Below, one piece after another: positions 1-8,670 of a DNA stretch of 64,000 bases. The notes below the pieces were generated by a model. That model had not been told where the DNA came from, did no database searches, and worked only from the letters and a program-made list of their open reading frames with translations. Source of the DNA: a candidate division FCPU426 bacterium (GTDB taxonomy: Bacteria; Oederibacteriota; JAAXVQ01; JAUVAV01); contig JBFLYH010000001.1 of assembly GCA_040756875.1 (NCBI GenBank), positions 1,516,399-1,580,398 on the forward strand, in the 5' to 3' direction. Both the position numbers and the translations under genes were made by a program. Every line of letters starts with the position of its first letter. Within the stretch, counting starts at the first letter, position 1.

Positions 1-215
1 GTGCGGTCCAGGACGGGCAGCCACTCAGGGCCGCCCTGAACTCGCAGGCTGCAAACGGTGTTGAGCAGAAAACGGGTGCGCTGCTGGACGCGGCCGGCCT
101 GGCGGGAAACGCCCCACCAGATTCCGGCTGCAGCCATTCCCGCGGCCAGAGCCAGGACCAGCCAGCCGCGCAGCGCAGGAAAACGTCCTGTCGGTCCCGC
201 GGCCCGGCGGGTCAC
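1..215 (-). CDS. FAD:protein FMN transferase (ApbE-like), N-terminal part; runs off the window start
   Basis: Manual translation from GTG at 215: MTRRAAGPTGRFPALRGWLVLALAAGMAAAGIWWGVSRQAGRVQQRTRFLLNTVCSLRV. A TM anchor is followed by an ApbE-like 'RTRFLxxTVxxxxV' start. GTGA overlap with the upstream stop. Confidence 0.6.
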   Translation of the reverse strand, partial: MTRRAAGPTGRFPALRGWLVLALAAGMAAAGIWWGVSRQAGRVQQRTRFLLNTVCSLRVQGGPEWLPVLDR

Positions 216-688
216 GAAGTGTGTTTGGAATCCTGCTGGTTCAGGGCTTGAATCTTCGCATCCAGTTTGGCCTGGATGAAATCCTTGTGGTCCACCCACA
301 TCAACGCCGCGATCTTGCGGATGGTCTCCACCTCGTCGTGCGCCAGTTCGGAGTCGGCCCACGCCACGCGGAACAGGTCCTGCACCAGACGGACGCGGTC
401 CGGATAGGTGAAGGTCTGGTTGATTTCCCAGGTAAAACCGTGCCAGTCGAGCTGGGTTTCCAGGGCCTGCTTGCCGGCCGTGAGGATCTGCCGTTGTTCC
501 TCGGGATCAGTGAAACCCCGCTGGGCCAGGATCATCCGCTTGGCGGCCCGCTCCTGGTCGGTCACCAGGCCGTCCGCGCCGGCCACCAGGGTCAGCAAAG
601 CGCCCAGGGCCACGCGGTAGGTCATCTGCGGATCCGAGGTCTTCGGCTGGTCGGTGACGAGTTTGGTCAATTGCTGCAAAATGCTCAT
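212..688 (-). CDS. TerB family (tellurite-resistance-like) protein
   Basis: VAGADGLVTDQE and VAWADSELAHDEVETIRKIAALM motifs; GGGGAG RBS before ATG 688. Confidence 0.85.
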   Translation of the reverse strand: MSILQQLTKLVTDQPKTSDPQMTYRVALGALLTLVAGADGLVTDQERAAKRMILAQRGFTDPEEQRQILTAGKQALETQLDWHGFTWEINQTFTYPDRVRLVQDLFRVAWADSELAHDEVETIRKIAALMWVDHKDFIQAKLDAKIQALNQQDSKHTS

Positions 689-725
689 GGTCACTCCCCT
701 TGCCCCGGCTGAACAGGCCTGCCGG

Positions 726-1445
726 TTATAGATTGCGCAATTCGACGTTTTGAACGTGCGGCCGGGCGAGATCGCGGAAGCGTTCCAGCACTTCCTGCGG
801 ATAGGGCGGCCGCCGGGACAGCTCGGGATCGGTCACATAGGTGGGGACGAACTGCTGGAGGGCGTAGAGCGGCGCGCCGGAGATCAGACGCGCGATCTCC
901 AGGACATCGGACTCCTGCACCAGGCCCGGCACGCAGGTCGTCCGGAACTCGTAAGCCAGGTCGGTCTGCGATTTGAGCCACGCCACGGTCTCCTGCAGGG
1001 CTTGAGCGGCGTCAGCCGGCGCACCCAGCTCGGTGGGATAGCGGTCGGGCGAGGTCTTCATGTCCACGGCCACGTAGTCGATCAGCCGCTCCTTGAACAG
1101 CACTTTGAGCAGCGTGGCGCGCAGGCCGTTGGTGTCGAGTTTGATGGACAGGCCCAGGGGCTTCAAACTCCGCAGCAGGTACGTGAGCTGGGGATGGACC
1201 GTGGGTTCGCCGCCGGTCACGACCACGCCGTCAATGAGCTTGCGCCGGCGGTCCAGGGCCTGCAGCAGTTCCTCGAGCGTCAGGTCCTCCAGCTCCGCAT
1301 CCACCTCCCGGCCCAGGAGCCGGCTGTTATGGCAGTAAGGGCAGCGCAGGTTGCAACCGCTGAGAAACACCACGGCCGCCACCCGACCGGGATAGTCCAG
1401 GAGCGACGTCCCCAGAAAGCCCTTGATGCCGTGGATCGTCCTCAT
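726..1445 (-). CDS. nrdG: Anaerobic ribonucleoside-triphosphate reductase activating radical SAM protein
   Basis: SLLDYPGRVAAVVFLSGCNLRCPYCHN (CxxxCxxC), TGGEPT and DTNG motifs. True start ATG 1445 overlaps the stop of the small ORF. Confidence 0.95.
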   Translation of the reverse strand: MRTIHGIKGFLGTSLLDYPGRVAAVVFLSGCNLRCPYCHNSRLLGREVDAELEDLTLEELLQALDRRRKLIDGVVVTGGEPTVHPQLTYLLRSLKPLGLSIKLDTNGLRATLLKVLFKERLIDYVAVDMKTSPDRYPTELGAPADAAQALQETVAWLKSQTDLAYEFRTTCVPGLVQESDVLEIARLISGAPLYALQQFVPTYVTDPELSRRPPYPQEVLERFRDLARPHVQNVELRNL

Positions 1446-1591
1446 TGCCCGCGTTTGTTCTCCTTGGGCAGCACGAATTCCTCGCGGGCCTTGAACTCCG
1501 CCTGCTTGCCCTTGTTCCACTGCTGCACGGGCCGGAAATATCCGACCACGCGGGAATACACTTCGGTTTTTTCCTGGCATTTCTTGGTCAT
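1442..1591 (-). CDS. Stand-alone NrdD C-terminal glycyl-radical domain (49 aa)
   Basis: Manual translation MTKKCQEKTEVYSRVVGYFRPVQQWNKGKQAEFKAREEFVLPKENKRGQ*; AGGAAGGGAG RBS; ATGA coupling to nrdG. Not in the ORF track because it is <60 aa. Confidence 0.93.
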   Translation of the reverse strand: MTKKCQEKTEVYSRVVGYFRPVQQWNKGKQAEFKAREEFVLPKENKRGQ

Positions 1592-1648
1592 GGGTTCTCC
1601 CTTCCTTGCCTGAAGATACCGGCGGCCGGTTTTTCCCGGGCCGGATGG

Positions 1649-2089
1649 TTATTCCGTCACCCGCCTGGCCAGCAAACAGTTCCGGTTCCGGCAGGCCACG
1701 CACATCTTGACTCTGATATCAAGGGTTGCCGCCAAAAGCAGCAGCCAAAAAAGCGCCAACGCGCCCGGTTGTCTCCACAACCACAACTGCGGCAAACCGA
1801 CCAGCGCCAGGCCGGGCAGGACCGTGCCCAGGTAATCCAGCCAGCGGTAGGGACCTGGCTGCCGTTCCGGCAGCATGCGGGTCAACCAGCCGGGAATCAC
1901 GTGCCCGCAGTCCCCGCGGTTGCTGCATTTGGCGCAGTAGGAAAAAATAACCAGCGGCGCAGAAACGGCCATCACGCCCAGGTACATCCACGCCATGCGC
2001 GGGTCGGCTTTGGCCATGGCCCCCCACCCGACCGCCAAAGCCGCCGTGGCCAGCCCTAAAGACAGCAAACCGTGAAACCGGGTTTTCAT
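1649..2089 (-). CDS. Cys-rich 4-TM membrane protein of unknown function
   Basis: Hydrophobic helices plus CAKC-x5-CGH and C-terminal CVAC-x4-C clusters. Confidence 0.75.
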   Translation of the reverse strand: MKTRFHGLLSLGLATAALAVGWGAMAKADPRMAWMYLGVMAVSAPLVIFSYCAKCSNRGDCGHVIPGWLTRMLPERQPGPYRWLDYLGTVLPGLALVGLPQLWLWRQPGALALFWLLLLAATLDIRVKMCVACRNRNCLLARRVTE

Positions 2090-2106
2090 TGCTTAGGCCC
2101 GCTTTC

Positions 2107-4194
2107 TCACCGCTGCGAAGTCAGGATCGGCGCCTCGGCCTGCGCCGCTGTCCGCAAATCCGCGCTCAGCACATCGAGTTGGTGCGACGGTTGGCTGTGG
2201 GGCGCCTCTTCGCGGTCATACGGGCAGACATGGTGCTCGCCGCGGATGTAGCCGTGCACCGGGCAGATGGAGAAGGTCGGCGTCAGGGTGAAATACGGCA
2301 GATGGTAGCCTTCGGCGATCTTGCGCACCAGGTTGCGCACCTGCCAGGGATCTTCCACGCTCTCCCCCAGGAAGATGTGCAGCACCGTGCCGCCGGTGTA
2401 GCTGCACTGGAGCGCGTCCTGGTGCTCCAGCACTTCGAAGAGGTCCGTGCTGCCGTCCACCGGAAACTGGGTGGAGTTGGTGTAGAACGGCTCCTCCTCG
2501 CCCGAGGCGATAATGTCCGGAAACTCGCGCCGGTCCAGGCGGGCGAAGCGGTAGGACGTGCCTTCGGCCGGAGTGGCTTCCAGATTGTACAGCTCCCCGT
2601 CCTCGTCCTGGTACTGCTGAAGGCGCTCCCTCAGGCGGGCCAGGGTGCGCAGGGCCAGATCGCGGCCTTCGGGCGTCTCAATGCCCTTGCCCAGCAGGTT
2701 GAGCAGCGCTTCGTGCATGCCGAGGACGCCGATGGTGGAAAAGTGGTTGGACCAGTACTGGCCGGTCCGCTGCTTGACGCTGGACAGATAGAACTTGGAG
2801 TACGGATACAAGTCGTGCTCGGTGTAGCGCTCCACGATTTTGCGCTTGGTCTGCAGGCTTTCGCGCGCCAGGTCCATGAGGTTGAGCAAGCGGGCGTGGA
2901 ACTCCTCCTCGCCGCGCGAGAGATAGGCGGCCCGCGGCAAGTTGATGGTCACCACGCCCAGGCTGCCGGTCAGGGGGTTGGAGCCGAACAGGCCTCCCCC
3001 GCGCTTGCGCAGCTCGCGGTTGTCCAGGCGCAGGCGGCAGCACATGGAGCGGGCGTCGTCCGGGTCCATATCGCTGTTGATGAAATTGGCGAAGTACGGG
3101 ATGCCGTACTTGGCGGTCATGACGAAGATGTCCTTCACCACCGGGCCATCCCAGTCGAAGTTTTTACTCAGGTTGTAGGTGGGAATGGGAAAAGTGAAGA
3201 TCCGGCCGCGCGCGTCCCCGCGCAGCATGACTTCGCAGAAAGCCCGGTTGAGCAGGTCCATCTCGGCCTGGAATTCGCCGTAGGTCCGTTCCTGCAGCTC
3301 CCCGCCGATCACCACGGGCTCGTTGCGCATGCGCTCGGGCACCTGCAGGTCGAGCGTGATGTTGGTGAAGGGCGTCTGGAAGCCGACGCGCGTGGGTACG
3401 TTCACATTGAAGATGAATTCCTGCATGCACTGCAGAACCTCGGGATAGGTCAGCTGGTCATAGGCGATAAAGGGCGCGAGGTAGGTGTCGAAGTTGGAAA
3501 ACGCCTGCGCGCCCGCAGCCTCGCCCTGCAGAGTGAAGAAAAAGTTACAGATCTGGCCCAAGGCCGTACGGAAATGTTTGGCCGGCCCGCTTTCAGTCTT
3601 GCCGTAGGCGCCCTGCAGACCCTTGAGCAGCACATCGTGCAAGTCCCAGCCGCAGCAATAGACGGAGAGCGAACCCAGGTCGTGGATGTGAAAATCGCCG
3701 CTCATGTGCGCCTGGCGCACGCGTTCCGGGTAAATCTCCTCCAGCCAGTATTGGGAGACCAGAATGGCGGTGATGTGGTTGTTCAGCCCCTGAAGGGAGT
3801 AGCTCATGTTGGAATTCTCTTTGATGCGCCAATCGTTTTTGCCGAGGTAATTGTCGATGATCTCGTTGGCCGAGGAGAAGAGCTCGCGGGTCTGGCGCAG
3901 TTTGCTGTGCTGGGCGCGGTAAAGGATATACTGTTTGGAGACATCTTTGAAGCCGCTGTCCATGAGCGTGGTTTCGACCACGTCCTGGACATTTTCTACG
4001 GTGGGAACCTGGCCTTCTTTGTATACGGCCTTGAGGAGGTTGTGCACCCGCCGGGCGACGTTCTGAGCCTGCTCCAGATCATGCTGCCCCACCGCATCCA
4101 TGGCCCGGAAAACGGCGTTGACGATTTTCTGTTCGTCAAAAGGCACCAGGCGTCCATCACGCTTGCGGATTTGGCGAATTCCTTGGTTTTCCAT
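2107..4194 (-). CDS. nrdD: Class III ribonucleoside-triphosphate reductase large subunit with ATP cone; lacks the glycyl-radical C-terminus
   Basis: ATP cone IRKRDGRLVPFDEQKI; HIHDL, YCCGW, FTFPIPTYN, SMCCRL, YNLEATPAEG and CPVHGY..CP motifs; AGGAGG RBS before ATG 4194. Confidence 0.95.
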   Translation of the reverse strand: MENQGIRQIRKRDGRLVPFDEQKIVNAVFRAMDAVGQHDLEQAQNVARRVHNLLKAVYKEGQVPTVENVQDVVETTLMDSGFKDVSKQYILYRAQHSKLRQTRELFSSANEIIDNYLGKNDWRIKENSNMSYSLQGLNNHITAILVSQYWLEEIYPERVRQAHMSGDFHIHDLGSLSVYCCGWDLHDVLLKGLQGAYGKTESGPAKHFRTALGQICNFFFTLQGEAAGAQAFSNFDTYLAPFIAYDQLTYPEVLQCMQEFIFNVNVPTRVGFQTPFTNITLDLQVPERMRNEPVVIGGELQERTYGEFQAEMDLLNRAFCEVMLRGDARGRIFTFPIPTYNLSKNFDWDGPVVKDIFVMTAKYGIPYFANFINSDMDPDDARSMCCRLRLDNRELRKRGGGLFGSNPLTGSLGVVTINLPRAAYLSRGEEEFHARLLNLMDLARESLQTKRKIVERYTEHDLYPYSKFYLSSVKQRTGQYWSNHFSTIGVLGMHEALLNLLGKGIETPEGRDLALRTLARLRERLQQYQDEDGELYNLEATPAEGTSYRFARLDRREFPDIIASGEEEPFYTNSTQFPVDGSTDLFEVLEHQDALQCSYTGGTVLHIFLGESVEDPWQVRNLVRKIAEGYHLPYFTLTPTFSICPVHGYIRGEHHVCPYDREEAPHSQPSHQLDVLSADLRTAAQAEAPILTSQR

Positions 4195-4238
4195 CCTTTG
4201 CACCCCTCCTGTAATCATCCTACGGCCGGATCGGGGAA

Positions 4239-4286
4239 TCACTATATATTGTGATCTTGCCGACGAAAATATACTATATATTTGAT
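4239..4286. promoter_or_regulatory. Tandem NrdR boxes
   Basis: TCACTATATATTGTGA (4239-4254) and ATACTATATATTTGAT (4271-4286), 32 bp apart; they match the acaCwAtATaTwGtg consensus. Confidence 0.85.
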
Positions 4287-4301
4287 TTTTCTTTATGTCA
4301 A
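4273..4301 (-). promoter_or_regulatory. sigma70 promoter of the nrdD operon
   Basis: TTGACA-17 bp-TATAGT; the -10 element overlaps the second NrdR box. Confidence 0.75.
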
Positions 4302-4509
4302 CGCCTTTTTCCAAAACTATTTTTAGAGAATCGAGAGGCTTCGAATTAATAACAATTCCTGACAATAATCCTATTGGCTTACTGTATATAGGAATAGATG
4401 TGGGAGGATTACCCCCTTCGCCAACACCTCCACCCCGCTGCCAAGGATACGGCGGGTCTTAAGGCTCAGGGGTGACATTCGGATACCGCGCAGATCGCTG
4501 CGCGTAAAT

Positions 4510-5889
4510 TCATCTCTTCTTTTTCGTCTTACGAACTGCCTTGGGTTTTGATCCGGTCTTCTTCCGGCGTACCGTGGTTTTAGGCTGGCCCTTTTTCTTG
4601 AAAGCCGGCACAGAGGGCTTCCAACCCGCGCCCGCTGGTTTGACTGTCTGGACCGGAGCCGGAGCCGGCAGGGTCGCGGAACTCGGTGCGGTCGCGGGCT
4701 GGACATGCGATTTACGAACCGGGCCCGCGGTTGCCGCAGGCGCCAGGGCCGGTTCCTGGAAGTTACGCACCAGCCACAAGGCGCCCAAGCCGGCGAACAT
4801 CACCAGCACTTCCAGGAGGGTGCCCACCACGGGTATCAATTGCAGCACGGCCAGCAGGGTCAAGCCCAGGAAAAACGCGAGCAGATTTTTCCCGCGTTCC
4901 TCAGGCTGGGCTTTCACCAGCAACAAGCCCAAGGTATACCCCACGCCGATGGAGGAGAACAACATGGCGAAAAAAGTCAGGACCAGCAGGATCAGGGCGA
5001 TAGGAATGCCGAGCAGGGAGACAACCAGCAAACCCAGGACCACGGCCAGCCCCAAAACCGTCAGCAATCCCCACCCCAGGCTTTGCCAGGGCTGGTGCCT
5101 GATAACAGCGGCATAGCGCCGCACAGGCTGGGGCACGGCCAAGAGCAGCAGGCACCCCATGGCCAGCAATCCCAGGTACAGGGTCAGGCGGTAAAGCGCC
5201 TTTCCTAACCAAACCAGGCTCTGCCAATCGAACGCTTCGGCGCCCGGCGTGGCACCGGCAGCCGGCGCGGCTGTGCGTTGCACGGGCTGCTGCACCTGGG
5301 CGCCGAGGTCAATCTGGATTTCCTGCGGGGAATGATACTGCAGGCGGCCCAAAACGCGGGCACCGGCTTCCAGACGGATGCGGTCCGCCTCGAGCTGGAC
5401 CGGGCCGGTCACCGCGCCGTCCAGGATGATTTCCTTGGCCGCGACTTGCAGCGGTCCGTTGATGGTTCCAGACAGGCGGACTTCTCCGCCGCGGATGGCC
5501 ACGTCGCCTTCCAGCAGGCTCTGGCGCTGCTGGGTCACGCGTCCGGCCAGGATCAGGGTGCTGCCGGCCACGCTGCCCGCGAGTTTGACCTGCGAGGCGA
5601 AGACGCGCAAATCATCGCCCACTTTGGCGTTCACTTCCGCGTCTACGGCCGCGATGTTGAGGTCCTGCACGACCGTGCCGGCCACGGTGGCCACATTGGA
5701 GGCGGCGATGTAAGCGTCCTGCAGGGCGTTGCCGAGGAAGGTCACGCTCTCGCCCGCGGCGTACAAGTCTTCATCCGCCAGTTCATTCTGGCTGAGATAC
5801 AGGTTGGTCTCGGCTTTAAACTGCATGGCCCAGGCCGGCGCGCTTGCCAGCGCCAGCAGAGAAACCAGCACGATGGGGGAGGTTTTCAT
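4510..5889 (-). CDS. Exported bactofilin/polymer-forming-like beta-helix protein with C-terminal multi-TM domain and Lys/Arg-rich tail
   Basis: Signal peptide (AWA-M), repeated 'GxVxxDL' beta-helix units, ~5 TM helices and a basic tail. Confidence 0.7.
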   Translation of the reverse strand: MKTSPIVLVSLLALASAPAWAMQFKAETNLYLSQNELADEDLYAAGESVTFLGNALQDAYIAASNVATVAGTVVQDLNIAAVDAEVNAKVGDDLRVFASQVKLAGSVAGSTLILAGRVTQQRQSLLEGDVAIRGGEVRLSGTINGPLQVAAKEIILDGAVTGPVQLEADRIRLEAGARVLGRLQYHSPQEIQIDLGAQVQQPVQRTAAPAAGATPGAEAFDWQSLVWLGKALYRLTLYLGLLAMGCLLLLAVPQPVRRYAAVIRHQPWQSLGWGLLTVLGLAVVLGLLVVSLLGIPIALILLVLTFFAMLFSSIGVGYTLGLLLVKAQPEERGKNLLAFFLGLTLLAVLQLIPVVGTLLEVLVMFAGLGALWLVRNFQEPALAPAATAGPVRKSHVQPATAPSSATLPAPAPVQTVKPAGAGWKPSVPAFKKKGQPKTTVRRKKTGSKPKAVRKTKKKR

Positions 5890-5980
5890 GGTCCGCTCCT
5901 GGAAGGAGGAAATCATCTCTTGCCTGGGAGCCATTATAAGGGCAACTTTGGGGAAGGAAAAGAAATATTTGGCAGGCTGG

Positions 5981-6952
5981 CTAGGGCGTGAAATCTTTGG
6001 CTTCCTTCAGCAGGTTCTTACCCTGGTATTCCGGGATTTCATACAGCACGGCTTCGCCTTTGCGCTGCACCAGATACTGGCGCGTGTCGGCGAGGAAGCG
6101 GATCACTTCCAGCGCATATTCCTTGTCCGCGGTGGCCACGGCCACCACGGCCAGTGGCTTGCCAGAGGCCGGAGCATTGTCCGCGATGCGGGCAGCCGAA
6201 AGCCGGGTGAAGGCGTTGAGGAACTGGTTGACCGCCGGATCGGGCAGGGCTTTGCCGTCAGTCTGGTTTTTCCAGACAATGCGGGTCGTCATGGCCGGGG
6301 GCGTCGTGCCCTGGGGCGTGTCCGCAACGATTTTAGCCTCGGTTTCCTGCTCCTTGGTGAACTCGAACGCCGGCTGGCCGGACTGGCGGATGGAGACGCG
6401 CAAAGCCTGGTCCGTGGAAAAATCGAAAATCTGCAGGGAACGCCACTCGGTCGCGGGCCGGGACAACTGTTGGGTGATGTCGCCGAGCACCTGGTACACT
6501 TTGGGGTCGCCGGGCAGCTGCACGTAGGTGTGGGTCTGGTTGGCGTCGGTTTGCCCCACGCGCAGTTCCCAGGCCTGCTGGTTTTCGCCGCTGACCCGCA
6601 GCGTTGACGCGGTGGGCGTGGTGAGCCCGAAATCCGCCGCAGCTTCGGGCCGTTCCGAAGTCAGGCCTGTGATGCGCAATTCGCCCAGCAAGCGCGTCAG
6701 GCTGTCCAGCTTGTTTTTGTCCGCGGCAAAAGCGATGGGCGAGGTAATCTGCCAGGCGGCCGGCTGCTTCTCAAAAATCACAGAACCCGCCGGGGTCGTG
6801 ATTTCGATCTTGGTCAATTTTTCGGCTTTAATCTGCGGCAGGACGGGAAGGTTCAGCGTATTAAAGCCGCGGTCCCCGGTCTGGGTGAAAAGCACATAGG
6901 CCAGGAGCAGAAGGAAAACACCTCCGGCGATGTATAAGGAACGTTTGGACAT
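5981..6952 (-). CDS. DUF4340-like membrane-anchored protein of the Gld-type ABC operon
   Basis: N-terminal TM, WQITSP..AD and DFGL..P..TL motifs; downstream of the gldG-like gene. Confidence 0.75.
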   Translation of the reverse strand: MSKRSLYIAGGVFLLLLAYVLFTQTGDRGFNTLNLPVLPQIKAEKLTKIEITTPAGSVIFEKQPAAWQITSPIAFAADKNKLDSLTRLLGELRITGLTSERPEAAADFGLTTPTASTLRVSGENQQAWELRVGQTDANQTHTYVQLPGDPKVYQVLGDITQQLSRPATEWRSLQIFDFSTDQALRVSIRQSGQPAFEFTKEQETEAKIVADTPQGTTPPAMTTRIVWKNQTDGKALPDPAVNQFLNAFTRLSAARIADNAPASGKPLAVVAVATADKEYALEVIRFLADTRQYLVQRKGEAVLYEIPEYQGKNLLKEAKDFTP

Positions 6953-7002
6953 TCTTTTATCCTCCCACCAAGTGTAAATAAACCTCACTGCTTAAAAAGG
7001 TT

Positions 7003-7026
7003 TCCCCCTCCCTTGCGGGGAGGGGA
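7003..7026. repeat. REP-like GC-rich palindrome
   Basis: CCCCTCCC-TTGCG-GGGAGGGG in the intergenic space; single copy in this window. Confidence 0.45.
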
Positions 7027-7043
7027 TAAATATCCTGACAGGA

Positions 7044-8669
7044 TTACTGCGTCTTGGCGCCGCCGGCATACCGCTGGGCCAGGGCCAATTGCCTGGCAGC
7101 CTGGCGCCGCCACATGACCAACCCGGCCAAGACCACCAGCAGCGGCAGGCCCAGCCAGTTGAAATACTTCACGGCCTGGCGGTGGGCCTCGCCCACCTGC
7201 CCCAGAGCCGGCGGCGTGGTTTCCTTGCCGCGGATCTCAATTAGGGCCGAGTCCTGCGCGACCCAATCCACCAGGTTTTGTGCTAGCTGGATCACGTCGC
7301 CCTGGCGCCGGGGATCGATGAAGTCATTGGTGAGAAAATCCGCACCGCCCACGACCACCAGGCGGCTGGGCTTGGCTTCGGCCGCAAAGGGCGGCAGGGG
7401 CGCGTCCGAAGGCGAACCGGACGCAGGCACTTTGTCCGCCGCGAAGGCGCCGGGGAATTTTCCGCTCACAGTCACCAGCAGGGGGAACTGTTTGGGCTCC
7501 TGGCCCTGGGGCGGTTGGATGAATTGCGGGGAAAGCATGAAAAAATTCTGCTGCGCCCAGGCGCGGGGCGAACTCTTGGCCACCACCTGGCAGTCCAACT
7601 GGTTTTGTTTGCACACCGCCTCGTTGGGACTGACTTCGCTCACGAACGGGAGGGTGAACGATTCCAGGTTCTTCACCATCAGGTGCTTGGCGTTGATGTT
7701 GGTCACCAGGGGGAACGGCGGGTAAGCCACGATGTTCTGCATGATGAAGCCCGGCCCGCGCTGGGCCACGGCGATCTTCTGGCACTGGACGTCGTAAATC
7801 AGGTTGGGGGCCACGTTCACGCCCCAGGCCGCGGCCAGCTCGTTGAGGTGTGTCATGAGCGGCCGTCCCTGCATGGTGGAGCGGGCGTCTGCCTTGATCA
7901 TTTGGACCATGAGCGCCAGGCTCCGGCCCGAGCGCAGGAAGTGGTCCAACCGGTAACGCGAGACCTCGTCCAGCGCCTCGGTCGGGCCGGGAACCACCAG
8001 CGCGTCCACGCGGTCCGGGATGGCCTCGCCGCCGAGGTGGACCGGCACCACCTCGTAATTGCCCGAAATGATCTGGCTGAAATTGCTGAGGTCGGATTCC
8101 AGGGCCGGTTCCCCGTGGCCCTGGGTGATGCCCAGCACCTTTTTCTTTTCCTGCATCAGCTTCTTGATCATGCTGGAGAGCTGGTACTCCAGACCGCTGG
8201 TGTCCTGCAAAAGCGGCAGGACTTCCTGGCGGTTGCCGTAGAACATGGCCAGCCCCATGAAACCGGTTTTTTGTTCAAACTTGTCCCGCGCCACCGCGGT
8301 CAGCTGGATTTCGTAGACGCCCAGCGTGCGGGCCTCGCGCTGCAGGGCCGGGTCCTCGGCCGGGTCCACGAACTGATAGTTGAAGCGGCCGCGGGAATAA
8401 ATGCGGTAGTCCTCCAGCAGGTCCCGCAGGTAGCGGGCATTGGCGTTGTAGGGCGGCGGCAACTGCTGGCTGAAAAACGCCTTGACGGTCAGCGGATCCT
8501 TGAGGTTGCGCATATATTGTTTGGACACGGCGGACAGCGAATACGCGTGGCTCCTGGTGAGGTCGAGGCGGAAAAACGTCCGCACGGAAAAGAGGTTGGC
8601 CAGGACCAGGATGCCGGCCACGATCAAATACAGGCTTAAGCGGTTGCGACCCTGCTCGTTCAGGCGCAT
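7044..8669 (-). CDS. GldG-family ABC transporter auxiliary component
   Basis: RLDLTRSHAYSLS, FVDP, EYQLSS.I, GHGE and LVDW..D..LI.IR motifs; N- and C-terminal TMs. Confidence 0.88.
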   Translation of the reverse strand: MRLNEQGRNRLSLYLIVAGILVLANLFSVRTFFRLDLTRSHAYSLSAVSKQYMRNLKDPLTVKAFFSQQLPPPYNANARYLRDLLEDYRIYSRGRFNYQFVDPAEDPALQREARTLGVYEIQLTAVARDKFEQKTGFMGLAMFYGNRQEVLPLLQDTSGLEYQLSSMIKKLMQEKKKVLGITQGHGEPALESDLSNFSQIISGNYEVVPVHLGGEAIPDRVDALVVPGPTEALDEVSRYRLDHFLRSGRSLALMVQMIKADARSTMQGRPLMTHLNELAAAWGVNVAPNLIYDVQCQKIAVAQRGPGFIMQNIVAYPPFPLVTNINAKHLMVKNLESFTLPFVSEVSPNEAVCKQNQLDCQVVAKSSPRAWAQQNFFMLSPQFIQPPQGQEPKQFPLLVTVSGKFPGAFAADKVPASGSPSDAPLPPFAAEAKPSRLVVVGGADFLTNDFIDPRRQGDVIQLAQNLVDWVAQDSALIEIRGKETTPPALGQVGEAHRQAVKYFNWLGLPLLVVLAGLVMWRRQAARQLALAQRYAGGAKTQ

Positions 8670-8670
8670 G

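Noticed and set aside
1446-1703. N-terminal extension of nrdG in the ORF track
   Set aside because: It overlaps the real 49-aa glycyl-radical ORF in another frame. NrdG homology begins at ATG 1445.
2090-2109. Readthrough or selenocysteine at the nrdD TGA to rejoin the radical domain
   Set aside because: Another in-frame TGA follows within 7 codons, and the intervening gene and mini-gene have their own starts.
2089-4254. Long plus-strand ORFs antisense to real genes (e.g. 2089-4254, 14645-16129, 15525-17063, 26454-28316, 56367-57905, 58075-59652)
   Set aside because: Shadow ORFs expected from GC-rich codon bias opposite well-supported genes; no motifs.
4400-4476. HDV-like or twister ribozyme
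   Set aside because: P3/L3 and P1.1 of HDV, and the UAA/GA core of twister, cannot be placed. Kept only as an unknown structured element.
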